From assembly GCA_951406725.2 (NCBI GenBank), contig OX597815.1:47988001-48052000 (forward strand): a stretch of DNA of 64,000 nt, written 5' to 3'. Below are positions 1-13,329 of the stretch, one piece after another; the stretch's first letter is position 1; each line of letters starts with the position of its first letter. The notes below the pieces were generated by a model. That model was not told where the DNA came from. It was given only the letters and a program-made list of their open reading frames with translations, and did not search any database. This DNA is from Octopus vulgaris. Its lineage: Eukaryota. A program made the translations under genes and the position numbers.

Positions 1-240
1 CTAAAAAATAATAATATTTTCAACAAAGATCTGCAAGGAAAAGATACTGAGGACCAAAATTAAAATTACCAAACCTTTAGTTTTTGTTGTTCAAAAACGC
101 TATTTCCTTGTTTTAAATTTGCTTCTAAAACATTCTGGAAAAAAAGAAAAAAAAAAAGAACATCATATTAGTGAAGATAACCAATAAACCTTTCTACTTT
201 AGGCTCAAAGCCTGCAATATTTAGAGGAGGTTAGTTGATT

Positions 241-658
241 ACTCTTTACTCTTCTACTTGTTTCAGTCATTTGACTGTGCTCATGCTGAAGCACCACCTT
301 TAGTTGAACAAATTGACCCCAGGACTTATTCTTTGTAAGCCTAGTGCTTATTCTATCGGTCACTTTTGCTGAACCGCTAAGTTATGAGGATGTAAACACA
401 CCAACATTGGTTGTCAAGCAATGTTGGGGTGACAACACAGACATACAAACATATACACACACATACACACAAACATATATATATATACATATATGCAATG
501 GGCTTCTTTCAGTTTCCATCTAACAAATTCATTCACAAGGCTTTGGTCGGCCTGAAGCTAAAGTAGAAGACACTTGCCCAAGGTGCCACGCAATGGGACT
601 GAACCCAGAACCATGTGGTTCGTAAGCAAGCTACTTATCACACAGCCACTCCTACGCC
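241..658 (-). mobile_element. tRNA-derived CORE-like SINE (family A)
   Basis: Head gtggctgtgtg / B box ggttcagtccc, caccttgggcaagtg core, internal (TA/CA)n, gtaaaagag tail. Confidence 0.85.
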
Positions 659-1509
659 TTAGACTGGCACCTTATTTTATCAACCCCAAAAGGATGAAAG
701 GTAAAGTTGATCTCAGCAGCATTTGAACTCAGAATGTAAAGACAGATGAAATGACTGCCATTAAGCATTTTGTTTGGGGTACTAACAATACTGCTGGCTT
801 ACCACCTTAGTGAAGATTACAATAATAAACCTGGCATTACGTTGGTTACAATGACAAGGGTTCCAGTTGATCTGAACAATGGAACAGCCTACTCATAAAA
901 TTAACATGCAAGTGGTTGAGTACTCCACTGACATGCATTCCCTTAACATAGTTCTCAGCTTGATACAGAATGTTAGCCCTTTAAATACAGGTACAACTCA
1001 TTTTTGCCAGTTGAGTGGACAATGATAAAATACAAAAGCTAAAAGAAAAAATAGAAATCACAAAAGAAAATAAAGAGCCCTTTTATTTCAGAGAAAGTGT
1101 TACAACCCTCCAGATGGCTATATAAAAAAAAAAATCAAACAAAGAAAGAATCTACTCATGTGACTTTTTCTTATGAAAATCTGCTGCAAGAAATTCTGTT
1201 TGATCCCACAGGTCATAATGGACCCTGACTGAAAACTACTAGTCTAAGCCATCTCCACCCTTAGTCACTAACTTCAGACAACCAAACTATAAAATCAGTA
1301 TTACTTTTATTTAACAATTAAAGCAAAGAGGTCTTGAAATGAGCTTATGGATGTGAGCTTTTCTCCTCAAACTAAAAAAGTGTCATCATAAGAAAAAAGT
1401 CTAAACCATTTTTCCTACCAGTGGAACTCTTTGATACCTATTTTAGTTGGGTGGACCCTCACAACCACTGAATGTTTAAAAAATCTATTATATTTTTATA
1501 ATAGTATAA

Positions 1510-1728
1510 TAACCCTTCAGCGTTAGTTCATCTGCCCAAATATTCTACCTGTTTTATGTTCAGACCAGCCACATCTAACCTTTCACATCTCCCCTACAAT
1601 GTCATTTCAAAAGATAACCAATCATATCATTGACATCTCAAAGCTATGAGATAATCTATGATTAATTCAAAACAACGTGAATAAATAAGTATCACATTTG
1701 ACAGAATAATATCAATGCTAAGGGGTTT
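1510..1728 (+). mobile_element. piggyBac-like MITE copy
   Basis: aacccttcagc...aatgctaagggg ends; shared interior tctcaaagctatgagataa. Confidence 0.7.
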
Positions 1729-1888
1729 AATATCATTAGGAATTGTATGAAAAATTGTTGAAATATTTTGTGTAATTTAGAAGCATAACCTATTCATTGC
1801 ACATAAATTTTAACAAAATCTTATGTAGACCCCAAGGGTCATATGAACTCCAATTGAAAACCACCCTTCTCCACCCTTATTCACTAAA

Positions 1889-2092
1889 TTAACACTTTAA
1901 CATTCAAATTACTCAGTCAAATGTAATGTAATGTAATTCACATTGTTTTAAATTAATCATGTATTATCTCATAGCTTTGAAATTTTGATGATGTGTTCTT
2001 TATTTTTAGAACAACATTGTAGGGTTGGTGTGAGAGATTGGATTTGAAATATTTAGGGCCTGATATGGCCAGATTAAATGCTAAAGAGTTAA
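1889..2092 (-). mobile_element. piggyBac-like TTAA MITE
   Basis: TTAA at 1889-1892 and 2089-2092; TIR family ccctttagcatt; the paralogous flank near 1270 lacks it. Confidence 0.75.
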
Positions 2093-2143
2093 GGCAACCA
2101 AACTATAAAATCAGTATTATTTTTACTTAGCAATTAAACTGAT

Positions 2144-2533
2144 GAAGCCTTGAAATGAGCTTATGGATGTGTACTTTTCTCCTCTGATTAAAAGAAATGT
2201 TATGAAAAAAAAGGTCATAAGAAATATTCTTTCATTGCTTGAATTTTTTTATATAGCTTTCTGGAGGACTGTAACACTTTCTAAGGAATAAAATGGCTCT
2301 TAATAATTAACAGTGGTTTTTCTTAAGAAGGACTTCCAGAAGCCTTGAAATGAGCTTATGGATGTGTACTTTTCTCCTCTGATTAAAAGAAATGTTATGA
2401 AAAAAAAGGTCATAAGAAATATTCTTTCATTGCTTGAATTTTTTTATATAGCTTTCTGGAGGACTGTAACACTTTCTAAGGAATAAAAGGGCTCTTAATA
2501 ATTAACAGTGGTTTTTCTTAAGAAGGACTTCCA
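2144..2533. repeat. 195-bp near-perfect tandem duplication
   Basis: 2144-2338 and 2339-2533 differ at one position seen (aaatggct/aaagggct). Confidence 0.95.
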
Positions 2534-2883
2534 ACTGTAAAAAGGTTAACACTTGCCTTAAGCAAATTAAAACACATTTGTATTTAGACAACTATTAGAG
2601 AGAAGACAACATGTATGAGCATGGAAGTTGTGTGGTTTAGTGGTTAGTGTGTTGGACTCATGATCGCAAGATTATGGTTTCGATTCCTGGACTGGGTGAT
2701 TTATTGTATTCCTATGCAAAACATTTCATTTCGTGTTGCTCCAGTCCACTCAGCTGGCAAAAATGAGTAATCTTATGATGGACCAGTGTCCTGTTCAAGG
2801 AGAAAAATATATATGCGCTATGGAAACCGGCTCTGTGAGTCTATATGACTTAGAAAAGGATGTATATCCTTTTTTATTTAACA

Positions 2884-3269
2884 CTAGCAGTATCGCCCGG
2901 CGTTGCTCAGGTTTGTAAGGGAAATAACTATAAAGCATCTTTAGAGAGTTATAGCCAAAAAATAGCAAAAAAATGGAAAAAAAATGATGGTAAATTTTTT
3001 TTTGAGAGTAAAAAAAGGTTGAGTTGCGTCCCCTAGACAGTCTGTGGTTTGTTTTTTTTATTCTCGACCCCATGTCGAATTTATCGATTTTTTTCAGAAC
3101 TGGGGGAACTTTTCAAAATTTTCGCTGCGTTAGTTTTGAATTATGACATTGGGCTATGCGTGTGTCAAGTTTCATCAGAATCGGTTGAAAGCCGTGGTCA
3201 GGGTGAGGGTACGAGAAAACAGACACACAGAAACACGCACAGACAAACTGCCGTTTATATATAGAGAGA
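2884..3269 (-). mobile_element. Non-autonomous Helitron-like element
   Basis: Minus strand begins TC (tctctctatatataaa) and ends cctgagcaacgccggg hairpin...CTAG; inserted between A and T without TSD; CpG-rich. Confidence 0.8.
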
Positions 3270-3404
3270 TGAACGAGTAAATAAAGAGATTTATGGTAAC
3301 CACTGACATCACTTATATAATCGGTTTAACATTTGTTCTTTAGCATAACAAACGCATGTCAAACATTTTGTTAGCAAAATTGTAGAAAGATAAGGTAACC
3401 TTAC

Positions 3405-3428
3405 AATAACTTTGATAAGTGTTAGAAA
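3405..3428 (-). CDS. Candidate 24-nt in-frame microexon (FLTLIKVI), phase 0 to 0
   Basis: Strong tract ttctcttttctttttgtttcag and donor ATT/gtaagg; symmetric phase; no homology support. Confidence 0.3.
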
Positions 3429-4439
3429 CTGAAACAAAAAGAAAAGAGAAAATACAACCAAAATACTCTTTATGCCTTTTTGCTTTATCATTTGTGTTTA
3501 AGAATTCAGTTTTTCCTTCAAATTAGCAGTCTTTCAACATGATACATTGATATCTTTTATGACCAAATAATGTAATGAAATAGCCTGGAAACCAGCTCCA
3601 ATTACTTCAAGAAAAGATTAGAAATAGTTTACTTTAACAATCCCAGCAGTTCCTGTTCCCCATACCACTCCTCCCCCGCCCCATGACACTTCATGTGTGC
3701 CAAATCTAAATTTTCTGGCTTTCTTGTAATTCTAAACTGGCATGGAAAACAAAACCAATGTTGTCATCATTGTCTTTAGTACTGAAAAATACATTTTTTT
3801 TTTATATATCTATCATCATATCACTAAAACAAACACTGCCATTATCGGGATTCTATGACAATAACAATGCTCTAGGAGCTGACTCCATTTACAAAAAGAC
3901 GAATTATACAAGTAAAAGAAAGGAGATTATTTAGTTTCAGTGTGTGTGTGTGTGCACATGTAAGAATTAAATCAAGGTTTGCAATTTACTTCTCATATCA
4001 ACTTTTATGTCATCCTAATATAAGGTGAGCTGCATCACACAAATGCACTTTATGTACATAAAATGCTACTGTTTTTGTCCTATTTAATTCTTGTATCACC
4101 ACCATTGTGTTCCAACTTGACCCACCCACCTTTTTTTTTTTGCAATTCTCCATGTATAAAATGTAGCTCAGATGAGAGGGAGAGATAACTAGAGGCACAG
4201 AAAAGAATAATTAGTAAGAAGGGATAATATGGAGAAAAAAAGATGGATGCTAGAAGGAACTAGCATAAAAGAGATAAAATATGTGCAGTTCTGCTCTCAT
4301 AAAATTACAGCAGCTGAATAGAGCAGAAGTGGAATGGAGGGATGGGTGTTAGGAAGATGAGAGGTGGGGAAAGCATGTCAGGAATAGATTGAGATCAGTG
4401 TCAAGTGATTATACAGGTATAAAACAATGCTTATAGGAT

Positions 4440-5070
4440 CAATCTTTTAACATAATAGATGGTGCTTCTCAAGCACAGTGGACCATTAACTATCTTGGTC
4501 CTTTGTCATCTCCTCCATGAGGCTCAACTCTCTGAAAGCAGCCTTCATAGTCCTATGTCTTCTAGGATCTACTTCTTACACAAGTTCCATCCATGTAAAA
4601 AAGTCAGTATTTCTTTATACAGCTCTCCTCATCCATACATATCACATGGCCATACTAGCACAGACTTCTCTTGTGCACTATATCTCATTCCACTTATACC
4701 TAAATTTTTTCACAACACAATTGTGCTTTGTCATACATGCACACTGATATTGCCTATCCAACTGAAAATACTAGCTTAATGCCTTTGTAGACTTCACATG
4801 ACTCACAGCCAGGGCCCACATCTCACTACAATGTAGCATTGCTGTTCGTACACAAGCATCATATAATCTAGCTTTCACTTTCACTTTTTGAGAGAGAGAG
4901 GATGTAACAGTTTTCTAAACTTTCTCCATCCTATTCTTATTTTACCAACTATACTTTCAGAACATTTCCCTTCATTGCTAATTAGGTCACCTAAGTAACA
5001 AAAATTACCTACTACCTCCATGGAACCGCCAGGGCATTTGAGGAAATCTATTGCCCATGTGTCATTAGTG
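4440..5070 (-). mobile_element. Degenerate RTE RT C-terminal fragment
   Basis: MEVVGNFCYLGDLIS..CSESIVGKIRIGWRKFRKL; related pieces at 18250-18540, 54440-54920, 56570-57000. Confidence 0.8.
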
Positions 5071-6062
5071 TTTACTGTTTTATATGTATATGAGAGGATT
5101 CTTTCAGTTTCTACACACACAAAGCTCTGATCCTTTAGAGCCTGTGGTAGAAGATACTTGCCCAAAGTGTCATAAAGAGGGACTGAACCATTCATATTGT
5201 TGGGAAGCAAATTTCTTAAGCACATAGCTATACCTATGTTAACCAGAACTGATAAATAAGGTTATTAAATCAAAAGTTGACAGTTTACTCTGAGTTTCAT
5301 GCAAGGCTAGGCTGTTCTTGATTGTGGAATAAATTAAATTGCTTGTAGTTTGGGTTGATCATAGATGGGTCTGTAACAGGAATATTTGGCATTTGTAAAC
5401 ACTTAGGAACTGAAACTGGATTCCTAAGTTTCAACAATCAGGGCTTGTGTTGGCAATTGGAAATCACTGTATCAGCATAAATGTAATTAAGTTAGAGGCT
5501 CTAATTATGTCTTTGATTTCATACAATATTTAAAGTGTTAAAAGTATAACCTTTCAACACATTGTTATAAATGGCATAATATAGATACTAATATGACAAG
5601 AAGTAAACATAAATTTAGAATTGTCACCACATCAGGTAAAATGCTTGGCAGTATTTCTTCCAACTCTTTATGTTCTGAGTTCAAATTCTGCTGAGGTCAA
5701 CTTTGCCTTTCATCTTTTTGGGGTTGATAAAATAAGTACCAGCCAAATACCAAGATCTATGTAACTGACTTGCTCCTGACAAGTATGGACATCAACTTCA
5801 GACATATTTTGGTGCTATTAGACCTCCTCAGTAAATTATAGCTTCCTTTGTACTTAGTAGATTAGTGATAAGAAATCACTAGATTAATGTAGAATAATAT
5901 ACACAATAAAGTATCAGACATTGTAATAATGACTGCAAGAAACCCATCTTCCTCATCATAAAACACCAGTTAATTCAGGATAATACTTAATACAGTGAAG
6001 AAGAAAATAATCTCATTAGTTAATAATTCTCATATGGCATTAACTCAGAAATTGTTATCAAT

Positions 6063-6276
6063 TTAACTCTTTAGCATTTAAACTGATCATATCTGGCCCA
6101 AATATTCTATGTCTAAACTGGCCAGATCTGGCCTCTTACACCTTCCCTACTATATTCTAAAAACATACAACCACATCATTGAAATCTTGAAGCTATGAAC
6201 TAATGCATGATTAATTCTAAACGATGTGAACAAATAAGCTCACATTTGACAAACTAATCTGAATGTGAAAGTGTCA
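6063..6276 (+). mobile_element. piggyBac-like MITE copy
   Basis: ttaactctttagcatttaaa start and shared interior. Confidence 0.65.
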
Positions 6277-7655
6277 ATGTTCAGCTTCTTAGTTCATTTG
6301 CATTCATGCCTACGAAGTATTATGCAAGCTTCTGTTGCTATTTGCTGCAAGTGAACCTTGATTGACCAGGTATTATATGATCAGAAGCATTCCAACTTTG
6401 GTCATCCTGTCATTTATTTTTCTAGGTATAGTCTATCTAGGACCACTCAGTTCAATGTGTCGCTACTTTTTAAAGATGGTAGTATGTGTGTGTGTGTGTG
6501 TGTGAGATTAAGGTGGGACTTGGCTGCTGCTTTTAACAGGTCAAGTGGCCACATAGAGATACCTGCATTTCTTTGTGCTGTTGTTGTATATCTAAGTGCT
6601 TATTTTCCCTCTTTGACAGATCATCTGTATTTAGTGCCAAGGAACTCAGAAGCATGAAACAATAGAGAGATAAAGAGGATAGAGCAAGAAAGGGGAAAAG
6701 GTGAGATGAGAGAAAGAGAAAGGAAACTGTGTGATTTAGAGAGAGAGACAAAGAGAGAGAGAGAGAGAGAAATAGAGGGGAGAAAGAAAGAGAAAAGGAG
6801 AGAGAGAGAGAGAGAGTATTGTACATATTCACATTGCAATAAGATCAGTTTAGCAATGTCAATGACCCTGAGATCAAGATGTTGGACTGCAGATCATAAG
6901 TTCAAATTGCAGTACAGTTATAGTTCAGTGACCTCCAAGCAAGTTGCCTTAATTTGTTTGCCTTGTAATCAACCTCCCCCGCCCGCCCCCCACCCCGGAT
7001 TCCCCTCCCTATTTCATGAGCGAGTGATTAATAATAGGAGAGGCATCCACCCAGCTGTACAAACATTTATTCCAAGAAGTAAACCAGCTCTTACTCATGT
7101 TAAGTATGGAAAATTGTATGTTAAGCAGTAACAAAGACCACACACATAGTATGTGTGTGTGTGTGAGAGAGAGAGAGGGGGGAGAGTGAGTGAGAGAGAG
7201 AGAGTGTGAAGGGGGGGATTAATAGGAGTGATTGTGATATATGTATGAGCATCTGACTGTATATGTTTCACTGTGAATATGGTGTGTATGAGGTATGCAC
7301 TTGGGAAATATTGTTGCCCAAAAAATAGAACTTTTAAGTAAAAGAAAAATTCAGTATTCTGTGGGTATTTTTTTTTGTGTGTTTGTGCATGTGTGTATGT
7401 GTGTTTTTTTTGCATGTATATATGAGATACAATAATGTGTGCATGTGTGTATATAAGCATGTTAGTATGATTGCATATATCGTGTATGCATAATTGTGTG
7501 TGTATATATGTGTGTGAGTATATATGTGCATGTGTCTATATATGTATGTGCATGTATGTATATATCTGTGTACATGTATATATATATATATATATATAAT
7601 GGCGGTGCCCCAGCATGGCCACAGCTCATGAGCTGAAACTAGAATCAATCAATCA

Positions 7656-7689
<34 letters not shown>

Positions 7690-7946
7690 TGTGTGTGTAT
7701 GTATATATGTGTGTGTGTGTCTGTACATATATACATGCATACTCACACAAACACACACACACACAGACAGACGGACATAGATACCTACCATACACACACA
7801 TGCACAAACCACACACCCATATATGATTGCTTGTATGTGGATATATATATATATTAAGTTGATATGTGCTATCTGCATGCCTGTGTGACAACAACAGAGT
7901 AAACAATGAACAAGTCTTCGAGGAATAAACACCAAAGACAACTTAC

Positions 7947-8055
7947 AATGGTGTCTGTGATTGATTTTGCATTATCCTGCATCTCTTTCATTTTTGCCCT
8001 TTGTTCTTCAATCAAATGACGCTTTTGTGAAATATCTCGTTCAAGCCAGTTCATG
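7947..8055 (-). CDS. CNTLN: Coding exon I (MNWLERDISQKRHLIEEQRAKMKEMQDNAKSITDTI), phase 2 to 0
   Basis: Acceptor gttactggcag, donor ATT/gtaagt; 109 nt; ERDISQKRHLIEE resembles the ERDITMKRHLIED motif I recall from vertebrate centlein. Confidence 0.8.
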
Positions 8056-8829
8056 CTGCCAGTAACAACAAAAACAACAACAACAATAAAAGCTATTATT
8101 AAAATGTTATGATGATGATAAAATGCTGGTTTCTAAATTTGGCACAAGGCCATGAGTTCTGGAGGAGGCTATAATCAATAAGAGTGACATGTTATTTGAC
8201 TGGTATTTATTGATTCCAGAAGAACAAACAGCTAAGTTGACTGAATTTGAACCCAAAACCTAAAATCATTCTCGCCAATCTTAGAGAAATAAAGGATGAA
8301 TTGGATAAGGTAGTTTGGGGTATGTCATGTCTGAATTATGGTTGGTATATCTTTGATCGTTTGATCATAGGTCTTCTGGATCATGGTCGTCTTGGCATTA
8401 AACAACAACAGATCAGGAACTGTTTTGTCTGATGCTCTGTCAATTCCACCAATCTACATTGATGATTTACGACTATGGGACAAGGCCATAGCCCTCAGGT
8501 ACATATTTCTCTAGTATCTATTTTATTTACCGTGGAAGAATGAAAGGTAGAGTCAGACTATTTCAGGATTTGAACACAGGCAAAATATTGAAGTAATCAA
8601 ACATCAATAAAGGGAGCTCCCTTATGTGTTCAATCAATGTACAAGAAAAGCAGACAAATCTCCCTCAAATTACACTTTACTTTCTTTGGAAGTGAAAGAC
8701 ATATTGTACAGGATGTCCATGACAGCAATACATATGTTTGCTCAGTCAGAGATGATGTGCAACATGACAATCAAATACCACACTATTTTGTCCAGCACAA
8801 TGATTTCTGCCGCCCTCTACAAATATTAG

Positions 8830-9475
8830 TTTCTAATTCTGATACAAGGCCAGCAATTTTGAGGGAGGTGTGTGTATGTGTGTGTGTAGGTGGGGGGATA
8901 AATCAATTACATCGACCCCAGTAATCAACTGGTACTTATTTTATTGACACTGAATGGGATGAAAAGCAAAGTTGACTTTGACAGAATTTGAACTCAGAAT
9001 GTAGAGATGGATGAATGCCACTAAGCATTTTGCCCAGTATGCTAATAATTCTGCCAACTCACAGCCTTACTCTCTTCAAATATTGGCTTCAAATTTTGGC
9101 ACAAGGTCAGCAATACTGAGGGAAGGGTTAAGTTGATTACATGAACCCCAATACTCAACTGGTACTTAATTTATCAACCTTAGAAGGATGAAAGGCAAAG
9201 TTGACCCCAGCAGAATAAAATGATGATTTCAAATATCTGGCACAATATTGGCTTCAAATTTTGGCACAAGGTCACCAATTTTGGTGGGAGGGAATAAGTT
9301 GATTAGATCAACCCCAATGCTCAACTGCTACTTATTTTATTGACCTCTGAAAGGGATGAAAGGAAAGTCAACCTTGGTGGCATTTGAACTTAAAACGTAA
9401 AGATGGACAAAATTCTGCTAAGCGTTTTTCCTGGCACAGTAAGAATTCTGCTGGTTTGCTGCTTTACTCCCTACA
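8830..9475 (-). mobile_element. Cluster of about three family B SINEs (tRNA head, Nin/Deu-like domain)
   Basis: Repeated ggtacttattttat(t/c)gaccc..aaggatgaaaggcaaagt(t/c)gac..gaatttgaactcagaa. Confidence 0.8.
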
Positions 9476-9559
9476 AATATTAATAATAATAAACAATAAG
9501 TTTTAAATTAAGCACAAAATTACTCAAGTCATCTATGCTCTGCAGCAAAGGTTAGCAAA

Positions 9560-9960
9560 GGAGTGGCTGTTTGGTAAGTAGCTTGCTTACCAACCACATG
9601 GTTCCAGGTTCAGTCCCACTGCGTGGCACCTTGGGCAAGTGTCTTCTACTATAGCCTCAGGCTGACCAAAGCCTTGTGAGTGGATTTGGTAGATAGAAAC
9701 TGAAAGACGCCCTTTATATATATGTATGTGTGTGTATTTGTTTGTGTGTCTGTGTTTGTCCCCGCCAATATCGCTTTACAACCGATGGTGGTGTGTTTAT
9801 GTCCCCGTAACTTAGCAGTTCAGTCAAAGAGACTGATAGAATAAGTACTAGGCTTACAAAGAATAAGTCCTGGGGTCGATTTGGTCAACTAAAGGCAGTG
9901 CTCCAGCATGGCCACAGTCAAATGAGTGAAACAAGTAAAAGAGTAAAGAGAGTAAAGAGT
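9560..9960 (+). mobile_element. SINE family A
   Basis: Same head, core and tail. Confidence 0.9.
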
Positions 9961-11003
9961 AATGGTTAAGGGGGTTTAATAAGAATGAATATGTCTATAT
10001 TATGCTTTTCTGAGGAGATCTAATAATGAAACATATCAAGAATATTCACAATACCACTAAAGATTAAATTTACTTTTCTACTGCATTCCAAATTTGAAAA
10101 GTTTTAATAAATTAAAATTTTGGTTTGTTTCCTGATACTTTTTTGATCAGAATTAGTAATTTGGATGTCTTAATCAAGGATGCAATTTCAATTAAAGCTT
10201 TTAGGTATGGCAAACTGATAAGATTGGTTGATATATTATCTGGAATACCTATTCCTAATTTGGATCTCCCACAAGCAGTAGCAGCTGTTTATTATTAATG
10301 TAAACCCTAAAATACAGTTTTTTTTTTGTTTTTTGATAAAATATAAATATTATGATGTAGCTGGCCATCATAAGATAAAAGGATAATTTCACTCTTCTAA
10401 GATTTGAAACAAAATTTATAAGACAGACAACAATGGTACTACAATATACAAGTCAGATACTTTTCCCTTAGAGGTCACAATTTGACATGGAGGAAACATT
10501 TGGGACCTATGTGGTATGAAACTACATTTAACCCTATTTTTGAATATTTTAACCAAAATTCAAACAATAACAGAAAGGCAATTTATTAATATCCCTTTCC
10601 ATGAATAAAACTGTAATATCAATTAGATTGTACAAACTAATACAACAAAGCTAACATACATACAATTCAGTGGGTAAATAATTCCTTTCTTCTATAGGCA
10701 CAAGGCCTGGACTTTGTGGGAAGAGGGTTGGTCAATTATATTAACCTCATAGCTCAACTGGCTATGAGATTAAATGGTCTTATTTCAGTTGCCACCTATG
10801 AAATTCACTCACAAGGCTTTGGTTGGTTTGAGGCTATAGAAGACACTTGCCAAAGGTGCCAAGATGCCATGTATGGAGGACTGAACTCAAAAGAATACAT
10901 AGTCGAGAAGCAAAATACCCAATCATGCAGTGATACATGTATCTATTTCCATTAATTTTTTTTTTTAGAGAAACAGTAACTAATTAAAGACTACTTCACT
11001 TAC

Positions 11004-11101
11004 CGACTAGTAAGACTCTTCACTTGGTTGTGAGTATTTTCATTGTCAGTTTGTGTGACTTTATTAAGAGATGCTAGTCTGATCATCTCAGTGGAATAAT
11101 T
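11004..11101 (-). CDS. CNTLN: Coding exon H (NYSTEMIRLASLNKVTQTDNENTHNQVKSLTS-R), phase 0 to 2
   Basis: Acceptor tctgcttccag, donor CG/gtaagt; 98 nt. Confidence 0.85.
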
Positions 11102-11574
11102 CTGGAAGCAGACAACATGCATAAATGAATTATATACATACATACATACACACACACACACACCCATACACACACATACATATATACATACATACATACG
11201 TATGTATGTATATATACATATAATAATCAAGCAATATTCAGATAGCTCTGTCGGCAAGACTTGAAAAAATATGGAAAAAAGTGAAAGGGGTACAACAAAC
11301 TTAATCCTTTGCCAGGGGGCAGAGAAAAAGAGTAGAAAAGGAGAAAAAAGCCAAACAGGGTTTACATCCTTTCAGCTTGGAAAACTGGCTGCAACTAATA
11401 ATGGACGCAGAATAATATGGGCTGCTTGAAACAGAAGTTATAGGAGAGGGCATGCAGAAAGGAAAAGGATGATGGAGAGAGAAGAGATAAGTAAATACGG
11501 GAATGTTGCAGAGAGAGTGTGGAAGGAGGATTAAAAAGGGTAAAAAAGAATTGAGAGGAAGTGTAAAGATGAAA

Positions 11575-11900
11575 GGAAAAATGTTCATTCATACTTGTTG
11601 GGGACATAGTGCCAAGATCAAATATGAGACGTTGTTCCTTTTGTTTCTTAGAGAAGGGGAATCCGTGGTGTAAGGCCATACCACACACTGATAAATTTTC
11701 AATAGAATGATTCACAGTGTTGAAGTGGGTTGCGACAGATTGGCCTGGCATATGAAGCATTATGCTTCTGTGTTCATGAAAGCAATCCCGAAGGTGTTGT
11801 CTTGTTTTCCTGTTTTTCCAGTGTAAAGAGCACCACAGTGTTTGCATATGATGCAATATATGAGATTCGCCGAAGTGCAACAGAAGTGGTGTGTTGTGTG
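11575..11900 (-). mobile_element. Penelope-like GIY-YIG endonuclease fragment (different subfamily)
   Basis: FCCTSANLIYCIICKHCGALYTGKTG; SVATHFN; EQRLIFDLGTMSP. Confidence 0.8.
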
Positions 11901-12414
11901 ATATTGCTTAATAATAATAAGGAAAAGAACCTGAAAATGCAGGAGTCCTTTAAAAGTATTTATTAACTTAACCAGTTTCACTTATATAGAAAGATTTTCA
12001 AAAGTAAGGTATGAGGCTTTGTGTATCCTCCGTAGCATCAAAAATTAGTCTACATAAATGTATTCAAATCAAGTGATAGAGTCTTTGACAATGATAAGAA
12101 AAAGTTTGAGGCTTTGTGTATCCAGAGTGATGAGTCAAAAAATAGTTTACATAAAAACATTCAGATAAGAAAATAAAATGTTTTACAATGACAAGAAGAT
12201 AAAAATTTCGCTTTTGGATTTGGTTTGCAAGATTCTTTATGTGAGTTCATATGTAAATTATAAGGCACAAAAAGAAATGACTCTCCCCAGACACAACATG
12301 ATAAAAATTAGTTTATATAAATATATCCAAGCATGCAAACATAAACCACTTCAATAAATACAAAATACACACACATGCAGACACACATACACACTCATAC
12401 CCACATGCACACAC

Positions 12415-12800
12415 ACATCACCCTAACAAATGCAACACACACATAAATGCATACATGCACACCACCCTGACAAACGTAACACACGCACAGTGCCCTGACA
12501 AATGTAACAAACACATATACACACTGCCCGGACAGTTATAACACACATACATACACAGACACACACATACCCATGTGCATGCATACACTGCCCAGACCAA
12601 TGCAATACACACACATACACACAGAGACATACATATATGCCCTAACAAATGCAACACATGCACATACATATACACCAACCCAACAAATGTAACCCACACA
12701 CATATACATGCAGCACCCTGACAAATATAACACATACATACATATATACATCCCATGATTAAATATAACACACGCACAAATAGAACACCCACATACATGC
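12415..12800. repeat. Minisatellite: motif ccct(a/g)acaaatg(c/t)aac separated by CA/TA-rich spacers, about 9 units
   Basis: Motif variants recur every about 30-50 bp. Confidence 0.8.
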
Positions 12801-13329
12801 GCACATGTACACACATAAACCTGCTACACACATACACACTATTCTTTACTTATGAGTCATACATTTAAACCCCAAAACACCAGCCATAACTACTGAACCA
12901 TAACAGAACCAGCTCACCAAACAAGCCTTTCTCAGCTCCACAACAACTATTTGAAATCAGAACAATCGTAAACTGCCTTCCGATTATGTGACTGCCATCA
13001 ACTACCCACACTGTTTTTCAAGAGAAAGCAATTCTAAAGCCACCATTTTTTAAAAAACAAAACCATCTTTTAATCACAATAATAGTAAGTGTCAAATTCC
13101 ATCCAGATGCAAGACCCTACAACCAGATCTGAGAACTATAAATGGTCTGTTATTTCTCACCTTTTTTTCAATTTAAGATGCTGCAAAGAATTATGGTTTC
13201 CGATCACAGTGAGACTAAAACTTTAATAACCAGAGATTGACAAACCAGACACATTTTATCTTCTTCTCAAAGACCCTATTACTTGATTTGGATATATTTA
13301 CGTAGACTAATTTTTATCTTCATGTCATT

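Noticed and set aside
2135-2165. CTGATGA-agcctt-GAAA hammerhead-like string
   Set aside because: Stem II is too short, stems I and III do not pair, and the paralog near 1320 lacks the core
6358-7941. Many ORFs rich in CV, YI, HT, ER or LS dipeptides (also at 46190-46645 and 50671-51361)
   Set aside because: Translations of microsatellites
12415-12800. Conserved motif with variable spacers resembling a CRISPR array
   Set aside because: Motifs are short and degenerate, spacers are CA/TA microsatellite, the context is eukaryotic and there are no cas genes
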